DNA of 63,769 bases, the filler included. It is 14 parts of 14 records of this genome, joined end to end, with 100 filler letters (N's around TTAATTAATTAA, not from the genome) between each part and the next. Parts side by side here need not be neighbours in the genome. Positions count along the whole stretch, not along the records: positions 45,037 to 61,415 come from SRR9670534_513; 13 more parts are not named here. One strand, given 5' to 3'. Position 1 is the stretch's first letter. Every line of letters starts with the position of its first letter. Position numbers and translations under genes: made by a program. The notes beneath the pieces are model-generated. The model was given only the letters and a program-made list of their open reading frames with translations, was not told the DNA's origin and did not search any database. Positions 50,212-61,515 of this stretch are shown in pieces.

Positions 50212-52025
50212 TACTTTACATGAGCAATTTATATATACAACAATTGTCACATTTTTACGTTATTAAACGGCTTACCCCTACGTTACCTTTTGCAGTTTCA
50301 CTCCATAGTACATTTATGATACGATGACAAAAGTTGAATAGTTTTCCAATAGTTTTAACGTTTAACGTTTATATATACATAGTATCGTGTATATATCGAT
50401 AGTATCGTACGTATTTCCATATTTGTATTATATTTAATGTTGCTGTAAATACAAAATTAGTGGTTAAAATATTATGATACGGTATTACAAATAAAGCTCA
50501 ATAAGTTTTTAATATAATTAGATTATTATTTGAATGTATGACATAATGAAATTAGTAATTTGTATTTTTGGTAAAAGATGTCAGATAAATTGCCGCTGAG
50601 GAATTATTGGGCTGTTTACAGTTAACTATTCAAGTTTAACTCTTAAAAAAGTTTAAACTATTTAGAAAAGATGGCGCCATTATTGAGAAACAAAAAAGAT
50701 GGCGCAATTTCACGCAAAAGAATTTCCTCTACCTAAAAAGTACAATTTAGGTAATATGTATTTCTTGAACCTTTCAATTTGAAACCAGGATGTTAATTAT
50801 TAAATGTTAATTCTGACAAAGACAAGTTTAAATGAGCTAACAAGTATTATACATAAACTTTTTTTATCAATTGGTTTAAAAATTTTAACTGCTTATTAAC
50901 TGCCATTGGAACTGATTGAAATTTCTTTATCAGGGATTGGGAAAATTAATAATAACGAGATTTTATTTTGTTCTTTCCACCAATTATTGGCTACATTGGA
51001 ACAACTTGTTACATTTGTTACAATATCAATCAAAATTGTTTGCTTTCATGCACTCTTACTATGGCATGATAAACAACATGAGTCATTAGTAGTCATGTTT
51101 CTATCGAAATGCAACATTGATGTAAAAACTGTATTACTACATCATTAGTCTGCATGTTCAATATGTCAAACTTGCGGCGGAAGTCATTGACAATAAAACA
51201 ATATTTAAAACTTTCTCACCGGTGGTGTACCGGATAATAGCCTTTAAATAGTCTCGTCAAAGTGTCTAGTATTTAATAATGCATATGCTAGAAATCAAAA
51301 TCATTCCTAAACGATCTAGCGTATAGCTTATTAATAATAAGTTATTATTAAGAGATATGCTTTTGTTTGTTTTTGAAAGCACCTAAGGGCAGCCTTTTGT
51401 CCTTACTAAAGTTTAAGTTGCAAAGATCACTGTTGTTGAGCTACCTGCTTGCCTCAGATGAACTTGCAACTAATGAGCATTGTGTATGCTCTAAAAATAA
51501 CCACCAATCAGATTGCGCGTAGTATTGCACGCGCTTCCTTTGCCTCACTATTACACACTTATTAAACGGTATTAAACTGTGGCGTGTGTTGTCAGTTTTG
51601 CTACAAACGATGTTTGTTGTTGTTCATGTAGACTTACTTTTGATTTTAGAGGAGTGCTGACCTGGTCCTTAAGAGTAACCTAATCTGTCATAGCTGACCG
51701 CGTAGATGAAATATGTGATATACGCAGTATTAATAACCATGTGATATTGTCATTATCATGGTATTAAAGACATTATCTATCAGTAGTGCTAGGCTACTGA
51801 GAGAAAAAAAGTAGTACATATATTTATCGTAAATGGCAATTGATCACCTCTTTTGATAGTACATTTTCTAACTGTGCTGTAGCTCACCTTTGCTCTGATA
51901 ACTCTAGTAGCTGCATGCTGTGAAAACGTAGTTCTTGGTGTTTGCTTTTTTACTTTTCCTTTCATCTTTAGATTTTTGCTATTCTTTTCCCTAATTTGGA
52001 ATTAATTGGTCTGTTTTGAAATAAG

Positions 52026-55000
52026 ATGGAAAATACTAATCGAAATAACAATCGAAGCAATACTGATAGCAATCAATTCACAAATGATCAATCCGTCATT
52101 GATGATGATAGTTCAGGTCTACATAGCGATGCACTACTGAAGCTGATGGAAAGAACTGGGTACCAAATGATCCAAGAAAACGGGCAACGGTAATTACAAG
52201 CACATAGTATTCAATATGTGGGATATGGGGTGTTCAGTACATAGTAGTTCGAACTATGATCGTCAATGAATTACAATTTTTCATTGTCTGTACATGCTAC
52301 CATACATCATGTATGATATTTTTAGAAAATATGGCGGACCTCCTCCCGGTTGGCAAGGTCCACCTCCACCAAGAGGTTCTGAAATTTTCGTCGGTAAAAT
52401 ACCAAGGTGAGTTAATTATTTTATGTCATCCTCAGATCCTTGCTAATTTGGTCATTTCTAGGAATGTTTTTGAAGATGAACTTGTTCCCATCTTTGAGCA
52501 ACTTGGAAGCATTTACGAAATGCGCTTGATGATGCATTTTTCTGGTACTAACCGCGGTTATGCATTTGTAATGTACACTAATAAGGAAGATGCCAAGATG
52601 GCTGTTAGAAAATTGAACAATTATGAAATTTCAAAAGGTAAACGAATTGGAGTGTGTCGCTCTGTGGACAACTGCCGCTTGTTTGTTGGTGGAATTCCAA
52701 AGACCAAGGATAAGCAAGAAATCATGGAAGTACGTCCTTTCGTTATTACAAAAGTTATCTATATATGTCGTTGCTTATGAATAGACCCAGATAGCAAATA
52801 TTTTACTCACGAAGGTACATGTTTCTAGGAGATGACCAAAATTACTGATGGCGTGGTTGATGTCATCGTTTATCCATTGGCATCAGACAAAACAAAGAAT
52901 AGAGGGTTTGCTTTCGTCGAATATGACAGTCATCGTGATGCTGCAATGGCTAGAAGAAAGCTGATACCTGGTAGAGTTAATTTGTGGGGTCAGGTATGAA
53001 ACATTAGTTTTCGGCATAATGACTTATTTGTACTGTTGCTGCGTTTAATAAAATTGCACCAACATTTCAGCCAATAGCCGTTGACTGGGCAGAGCCAGAG
53101 CAGGAACCTGATGAGGAAATCATGTCTCAAGTTAGTACTATTTAATAGACTATTAATAATAGTTATTATAGTAATATTTATGAGTTTAAAATGACATTTG
53201 CCTCATTACAGGTGAAAATTTTGTACATCCGTAATTTAATGATTGCCACAACTGAAGATGAAATTCGTAATGAGATAATTAAGCATGTTCATATTGATCA
53301 AATTGAAAGAATCAAGAAGTTGCGAGATTTTGCCTTTGTTCACTTCAAAACTAGAGAAGCTGCCGAAATAGCTAAGAAAGCACTAAATGGTATGATTATT
53401 TATTAATTGTCTGTAAATCTCGGAATTTCTTTGCCTGCTTGTCTATCCATCTGTCTTCAAGTTCATTGATCTTTCTATGTAGATACCGATATCAGTGGTT
53501 CCAAAGTAGAGGTTGTCTGGGCTAAGCCGCCAGATAAAAGTCTTCATGAAGCGCAGAAGTCAATGAAGATGATTACCAAGTTTCAGCACCAGCAGCAATT
53601 TCAGCCTCCTTACAATCCTTGGAACATGCCTGGTATGGAGAGTTTTCCTAGCCCAGCCCATTTTGGTTTTCCGCAAGTTTTTGGGCCAGCACCACCACCA
53701 TTGATGACATCACCGCCCATGTCGCCGATGCCAGTCACTCAACCTGCCATGTTTCAAGATGGGTTACAAAGCACCGCCAGCAATGGAAGTGATGGTTGCC
53801 AAGTGTTAGTGAGATAGCCTTCCAAAAGATGTCACTATTGTTCCTACTTTTTAGAACGAATTCTCGAAGCAACACATCACAGGAAAGTGGAGGAGGAAGT
53901 AAGGGATCGTATGGGTTCAAAAAGTTGGGTCAGCGCTCTGCAGCAGGTGCTAGAGGATATAAAGCTAGAACATTGGCAAATGCTTTTGCCAATACCTTGA
54001 AATTGAACAACGGCAGAACATCTGTGCAGGTAAAATACTAACTAAATTACGATAGAATCCATTTTACTAGTAAGGAAATCGAATAAAAATAATGATAATA
54101 GCCTTTATCCATACCATTGCCGCCATTGTTCATGCCAAACTCTGCACCTCCTGGATGTTTTTACTACTGGCCAACATCACCAGTTGGTCTTGTTCCAGTT
54201 TCACCAACTTATTTAGATAATGACGACACTGATGTTAATCATGTCGAGGTAGTTATTGAATCTAATATACTGAGCAGCTTTGCGGCATAAAGTATCGTGA
54301 ACGCGCTTGCATTTGACGGTTTTTAAACTCTTTTAATAATATTGAACAGGCACATTATTATTTCCCGCGTAAAATCTAGCTGTTGGAACAATACTGTGAA
54401 CAGAATAGCTTGGGAGCACCAAAGTTTAGCTTCTTTTCTAATTCGGAAAGACCAGTACCTGGACAAGACTATTATGTGTGCAAGGTTAGTAATTACAACA
54501 ATATACATGTATACGATTATTTATTTTATGCAAATGTCATAATTATTTTAAAAAACAAATTTTAGATACAAATCCCAAGCCTAGGAAACAAGACGTTTGG
54601 AAATGACCACTTCATGAGTAAATCGACCGAAGAAGCTAAAGAGTTGGCTTGCAGAATGACTTTGCAACAATTTGGCAACACCACTGCTATACCACCAGTT
54701 CCACCACCCATTTCAATTGCCACGACCGGTCCTGAGGCTAGACCTACCAACATGTCGGATCGAAACAATAATACTGCTGGTCAGTAATTTATTTTAAAAA
54801 TGTACCAAACTGTAGTAACTAGTAGTCTACAGTGCGCTCTTTATTTTTAAAATGCTTGCTTGTCTGATAGCTCATGCTTGCCACTTGCAGATCGTATTTA
54901 TCCAAGAATATCCCAGGGTCAAGCAGTTGGGATACCTTCTTACTATTGCGCACCACCCCAAACACAGGGTTATTTTGCTCATCCCAGCTCTGCCTTAGTA

Positions 55001-55546
55001 CCTGATCAAAACAAAAAAATGGGCATTCAAACTGGGCCTGTTTTTGGATCTTCCATTTCTTACCAAATGGGCAATTTGAAATCGAATCCAAATTTGGCTA
55101 CTACTAGTGGAATTCATGGGGGTACGAAAATGATGAGACTGCCCCCTCTCAGCAAACCTAATACAGGTTTCCCTATACCTCAGGCACCCCTTTCAGCACC
55201 TGTATTCCCTACCCACAATCCATTTGGCAATTTTCCTTTTTCTGATGTTACTGCTGCTGCAGCTGCTGGCTTTGGTTGAGTTTATGAGTTTTTATTAAAC
55301 TTTTCATTTATTAATAATAAATTTAACGTGTAAATTTTAATTTTAGCTGTTCCTGGTCATTCGCCACCGAGTCAAGTAAATATGGATTTTCCATCGCCAA
55401 CGACACCTGGTTTTCAAATGCCAGCGCCTTTTTCGCCACAAGGGAGTGATGCTTGCATTCTTCCACCAATGAATCTAGCTGCTGCAGCTGCTGCAACTGC
55501 AAATGGTGCTGCTCAAACTTCTGAGGCAAAAATGGCCTCTTTTTGA
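52026..55546 (+). CDS. RBM46/RBM47/A1CF-family RNA-binding protein (3 RRMs plus C-terminal dsRBD-like domain); multi-exon
   Basis: [90 protein letters not shown]. Confidence 0.92.
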
Positions 55547-56266
55547 CTTGTTCCAATCTTATCTTAATAATTATTTAGCCATGTACGCTTTTAATTTTTA
55601 ATCATTATTATTAATAATCAATTCATCTTAATTGCGTCTTAATTTTTAATCATTATTATCCTAATAAGAAAGCAATGTTTTAATAATAACCATAATTATT
55701 AATAAGTTTCAGCGATATATAGGTAGGTGCTTACTACCATCTTTGATAGAGTAGAAAGATCTTTCTGTTACTACTATTCGAGATTGTTACTTTTGCTATA
55801 TTCACCCCTTATTTGTTATTACTACTACGTAAGCAATTATTTACAATTGTAATGCGTCACTTTTTTTTGACTTCATCATCTTTTTAGTCTATTATTCAAT
55901 GAATGTATGTGTAATGTGAATTGTTCTTTTGCTCTCCACCAACCGCGCAAAACAGTGAAAGTACCTTTGGAAGCATTCCTGGGAAGAAAAATGCATTTAT
56001 TATTGTTTGTTATAATATACTACATATGGCCATATTTTATTTGCTTCGCTTTAGGAATTAGTAACTATGTTATTTTATCATAGATATGTACTACTTTTTC
56101 TTTTTTTTTGGACTACACATTTAGTAAAACAGTCGATGCTAAATATTATGAATATTATTACATATGCAATGCTAACAGCATTTATCCTTATTATTAAATA
56201 AAGATGGATTATTATTACTATTGGTAGGCGTGTTTAAGTGAGTAAACGCAATATTTATATTCCTGG

Positions 56267-56299
56267 GTCACGTGACTAGTAGGTAGTGGGTCACGTGAC
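56267..56299. promoter_or_regulatory. Tandem extended E-boxes GTCACGTGAC (USF/MiT-TFE type) about 200 bp upstream of the kinase gene
   Basis: Two perfect 10-bp palindromes at 56267-56276 and 56290-56299. Confidence 0.55.
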
Positions 56300-56490
56300 A
56301 ATGAACAAGTAGACAGCGACAGGCGTCACGGCGCGTACATAACTTGTTTATTCTACTTAAACTTTATTTATTAATCCAGTTAGACTAACTGTTAGTTGAA
56401 ATTGAAAAATTTAATAGAACGCTATTTGTAAAATTTGATGCTTTAAAATTTGTGTCGTTAATAAACTTACAATCGCATAATTGCATAATA

Positions 56491-57649
56491 ATGCAAGCAT
56501 ATCCCTCAACTACATTTAGAGGAATAGCTGAAGGAGCACGTCTGGACAATCGATTCGTTGTGGTAATCGCTACTTTATAAAAAAATCTAGTTTTGATGCT
56601 TTCAAATTAATTTATTTCAAATTAGACAGAAGAAGGTATCTATGATGGTGAAATATACATCGGAAAATGTCTCGATGAAAGAACTTACAGGATTTGTACC
56701 TTTAAGTGTGAGGCAGAATTGACAAGGAAGAGACCTGAAAAATCTCTCTTGCGGGAAACGAAGTATTTTCGAAAACTTGAAGGTAATCTACATTTTTAAA
56801 TTAGGTTGATACTTTACTAGATTATCTATAACGTTAGGCAGTATAAGAGTTCCAAAAATTTTTGGTTCTGGTAGAACAATTCCAGGAAAGAGATTCTATG
56901 TTGTCATGGCACTTTGTGGTGTAAATTTATCCGTCATTCGAAATTCAATGCCCAACAGATGCATTCCTTTGATAAGCTTGAGTAGATTAGCAGAACAAAT
57001 GGCTCTTTGCCTAAACGACCTCCATTTGAAGGCAGATTTGGTTCACAGAGACCTCAGACCCGTAAAATCATCAATTTATTACTTATTGACCAACGAACAA
57101 TTTGCTCTATTTCAGGAAAGTTTTTGCTTTGGAACTGAAAGGGAAATGCGAACATTATACATTTTTGATTTAAGTACTGCAATGGAGTATCGTAAATCCG
57201 CAGAACCAATGACTTACAATAGTAGTTATGAATATTGCAGTGTAAATACCCACATGGGGGTAGGCTGCGTCCCAAGGGATGATTTTTGGTCAATGTTCTA
57301 TATCTTGGTTGATTTACAAACTGGAAGCTTACCCTGGACAAATATATTTAATGATGAGGAAGTTTGCACAATGAAGAAACAAGTATCCTTAGTAGGACTA
57401 ATTCGAGGCTTCACAATTGAAATGAAGGTTTTCATTACTCACATTAATCACCTACATTATTATGATTTGCCAAATTATAAATTGTGCCGGCGACTTTGGC
57501 TGAATCATTTGCTAAAGGAAGATGTTAAAGTTTACAAGACAAAGTATGAGTGGGAAACACAAGACGACGTCAATAGATGGCAGCAACTTCATCCGCCAAC
57601 AACGAGGAGAAACCCTGTCGTGATAAGCAGAAGTACCACTAAGCTCTGA
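56491..57649 (+). CDS. CK1-group (TTBK-like) divergent kinase, probable pseudokinase; 4 exons
   Basis: FYVVMALCGVNL, LVHRDLRP, YCSVNTHMG...PRDDFWSMFYILV...GSLPW, LHYYDLPNY are CK1/TTBK-type motifs. Confidence 0.85.
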
Positions 57650-57818
57650 AACCTTTTATTAATAAATTCTTAAAGCTGTAATTATTGTATATCATAATTT
57701 AATGTATGTAAATAAATTGTCACAGTCACCTATATAGTTATTATATTAAATTTTAAAATTAAAACCCGCTTTATTAATAATCCTACAAAGCTTTCAGCAG
57801 TTCTGAAATTTGAATATG

Positions 57819-60800
57819 TTATTTACCAAACCAACTACCAAAATAAGACAAAACTGATCCTCCAAATTCACCTTCAAGAATTCTTGCCTCTTTTTCATGA
57901 CCAACAGACTTTAAATCATTACATGCAATTTCAAGCAATGCTTTATCATTTCTCTTCTTTAAAAATTCTTTGACCAGTTCAAATAAATCATTGCCAACAC
58001 AGGAACTTATCAAATGGTTTACAATTAATAATTCAATCAAATCATCAGAAACAACATCAGCTGAAACGTTTTGTTGTAAATCTTTATTCACCTTGACAGC
58101 CAAACGCGGAAAACATTGAATCCTCTTAATACCAAAGCACAAAGCTGCAGTTTTCCATTCATCAACTGAAAATAAACTTGAATAAAGTTTCTGGCAATTC
58201 CTTTCTGAAAAAGAGTTCTCTTTGTCCATTCTATCCAATGCTCCAAACAGGTTATCAATGTGGACTTGTATCTTCAAGTCGGTGCTGGATAAATTCATTT
58301 TACCAACCAGGGCAAGAATCGCAAATACCCTTGGATCTTCCGTTTCATCAAATGGCCATGGACTAAGCTTCATACTCCAAATTTCTAACAAACTCAGCAT
58401 AGCATAAAACTCCTTTACTGAAAAATTTTCTTCTTTTTTAAAAAGTAGCTGAATAAGCTCCAATTTCCCTTTGGTAACTCTCAAATCTTCAACATTTTCC
58501 TTCACGTCAGGAAATAAATCGGGAAATTCTCTCTCTATCAAAACTGCAGTGGAGCAGTAAAAATTTATGAAACTTTCATTTTCGTTTAGTGTTCTGTAAG
58601 CGCTAATTAAATCAATTAACTTTAGTATTCTCTGGTAGGGTAGTTTGTCTAAATCCAGCCATTTACGTGCGATGACATCATCAATGAAATGTTGTTTCAG
58701 AACTGCATCGAAAAATTCATCCTCGATCAAAATGCAGTGCAAATGTTGCACCATATCGTGACTTGAAATATCCATTCGGTAAAAGACAAGATCTTCAAAG
58801 AGTGTCTGATAGATGGTCTTGATATCAATTCTAAAAAGTTGGCATATTTTCTTTACCATTACATATGCAGACTTTCCTTGAAGACAAGAATCATGGATAA
58901 CTGATTTAATTTCTTCAGAGTCACCCATTGTTGATTCAATCTGTGGCAAGATGTAAGCAAATTCTTCAGCTTTTCTACAAGTTTCACAGTCATCTATATG
59001 GGAAAATAATTGTTCAACCTTTTTGTTAAGGTCAGCGCCTTTGGAGACAGAAACTTTAAAGAATTCAGTTAAAATGTCCTTTCTTTGCTGATACGAGAAA
59101 AAAGCAGGTGATTTTTCAGAAAATAACAAAACCTTCAAAGTCTTTAAAAAAGTGTCATTTTCAGAACACGAAGCCCAACAAGGTTTCAATTTATCTTTGG
59201 TAAGTAAATTCTTGGCTTTTTCTGGTTCCATATTTGCGTGTTCAACCCACTTCCAAAAACACATATCAAAGAAGTAATAGAAAAGCTTGTTTTGACCAAT
59301 ATTCGAAAACGAACTGACTTTATCTACAAGTAAGTTAATCGTTCTCCAAAGAAAACAAGGCTTAATTTTCGGAATAACCATTTCCATTAAGATTTGTGAA
59401 TCTACACATGATGTCAGTAAATTATAATCCAAGGAACATGAAAGCCCATCAATGAGAGCCTTAACTAATTCCAAATGATTGCGTAATGAAAGTGAATTAT
59501 ACTCTAAATCTGCATCAAACTTACATGACTCAGTTAGAAAGACAATGAAAAATTGCACCATCGGCAAATTGGTGGTGATAACAATATCAGAAAATCTTTC
59601 ACAAAGTCTTCTAAATGGTAATTCTTTAATTGCAAGGGAAAAGTTGGGTTGTGAAGACACAATCTTGTCATAACCCAATTCATTATGGAAGACGTATTTT
59701 AACCTAATCAAATAAAATTCGCCAGAAGGAATATCATATTTATTCCCTATTTTAACCACATCTGCAAATATTTCCTCGTTATTCGTAAACGCTAAGTCAA
59801 ACAAGAAACTTTGTCTATATGACTGATCTGTATTAAATTTAGCCAAATTTAAACTACCGTCCGAAATGTTACTGAGAAAAACGCCTTCTTCATAATCAAT
59901 TAGTTTCTGCTTGACTCGGCTATAAAGAGAAACGAAATGACCATCTGGCTTCTCCTCTGTCATTCCATCAGCAATGTCCAATAAGTGTGAAACTTTAGGA
60001 CTATTTATCCATTTGGTTGCAACAGAATAATCCTCAAGCCAAATGGCAAAAGCTAAACCTGCCAAAACTGAGTGTAGCAAAAATTCAGTGTGTGGAATTT
60101 CTTCGTCAAACAAAAGTCTTTGCAAATCACTGTGAGACATATTAAGTAGTATACTAATACCAAACAGTGTGTCATTTGATAAACAACTTTTGAAAATTCC
60201 AGAAGTGGCTGAAAGGCAAAATAAAAGATAAAATAAAAGTATCATTTCATAATAAGTACCTTTATAGGTAAGTGATGAATCGCTTTCATCTGCAATCAAT
60301 TCGAAATAAGGATCTTTCAGCTGCTTAATGGTGGTTTCACTTAGGTCGTTTTCATCAAACTTAAAAATAAAATATCATATAAAAATTAATGAAAAAATTG
60401 ACCAGTGTTATTTATTAAATTACCTTAATACTAATGGCTGGGTATAAAACAGAATCAAAGAACTTTAGACATCCAAATTTGTTAAATACTGGCTGGTTAT
60501 AATTTTTATCATCCTCTGAAGATTTATCGTAAAGCGCTGGCAAAACAGTATTTCTGAGAGTTTCTATGCTTACGAAAAAGTTGCTTTCTTTATTAATTCT
60601 GTCAAGAAGTAAATTCTTCCAAATCAATTTCCTCGTATCAAGAACATCACAAATGCTTTCTCTCTCACAAACCGCTAGACAAAAATTTGCCAATTGCAAA
60701 GACTCAGACAATGAAAGTACATCATTTTCCCTCTCTAACATAATTTGAAGAATTTGAAAACAAAAGTTCCAAGCAGGGGTGAAAAATCTAGTTGCCAAGT

Positions 60801-61293
60801 AGAGAGCTCTTCCAGCTGCTACCTTATAATCAGAACGTTCCAGACCTTTAAAACCAATCAGAAGATGAACATGGAGCAGTTCGTCACTCTCTAATCCCAA
60901 TAATGTTCCCAGTTGTTCTACGCGTTCAATCTAAAATAGTGTTATCATATGAATAATTACACTAAAAGTTTTAGTCTAAAACATTAGGATAATCTTACTT
61001 CCAAAAATGCGGTTTGATTCGTTTCCAACACCAAATTAATGATGTCCATTTTATTCTCTTTCATTTTCACTTCCATTGGTATTAAGTCCATTTTAAACTC
61101 TTCCAAAAGTTTCAATCCTTTAATTAGCTTGATCTCCAGCTCAATTTTTAAATTTCCTGGAAAAGTTTTCAAACACGTCATGCATAACTGAATATTTGGA
61201 TCTTCCAAACCCACTGCTGCGTTGAAATACTGTTCAGAAGCCTCAATGACAATTTCTTCAGCATCCTTCACATTTTTTATTTTTCGTAAAAAT
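57819..61293 (-). CDS. NBAS: NBAS (NRZ tether subunit), C-terminal part; multi-exon
   Basis: IVIEASEQYFNAAVGLEDPNIQLCMTCL...LLEEFKMDLIPMEVK and KFNTDQSYRQSFLFDLA resemble NBAS segments (ASREYFNS...LEEFGVKILPLQVR; RF..D.QYKRETILGLA). Confidence 0.8.
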
Positions 61294-61373
61294 CTAAAAT
61301 ATTTTAAATAAACTTACGTATGTTATTATGCATGTATTCAATATATTGTATTGTACAATATTATTGTGCAAAG

Positions 61374-61391
61374 AAAAAAAAGAAAAAAAAA
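61374..61391 (-). terminator. Pol III oligo(T) terminator after the tRNA
   Basis: T9 immediately 3' of the tRNA on the minus strand, followed by a second T run. Confidence 0.65.
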
Positions 61392-61415
61392 TGCCGTGAC
61401 CAGGATTCGAACCTG
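61392..61415 (-). tRNA. tRNA-His 3' end (T-arm and acceptor strand), cut by contig end
   Basis: Reverse complement CAGGTTCGAATCCTGGTCACGGCA has the B-box GGTTCGAATCC and the TCACGGCA end typical of animal tRNA-His. The anticodon is not visible. Confidence 0.8.
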
Positions 61416-61515
61416 NNNNNNNNNNNNNNNNNNNNNNNNNNNNNNNNNNNNNNNNNNNNTTAATTAATTAANNNNNNNNNNNNNNNNNNNNNNNNNNNNN
61501 NNNNNNNNNNNNNNN
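61416..61515. other. Artificial contig linker
   Basis: N44-TTAATTAATTAA-N44. Confidence 0.98.

Noticed and set aside
2050-61515. Recurring TTAATTAATTAA as a biological repeat or CRISPR-like array
   Set aside because: It is always centred in exactly 88 Ns, so it is an artificial linker. No repeat-spacer array or cas gene was seen.
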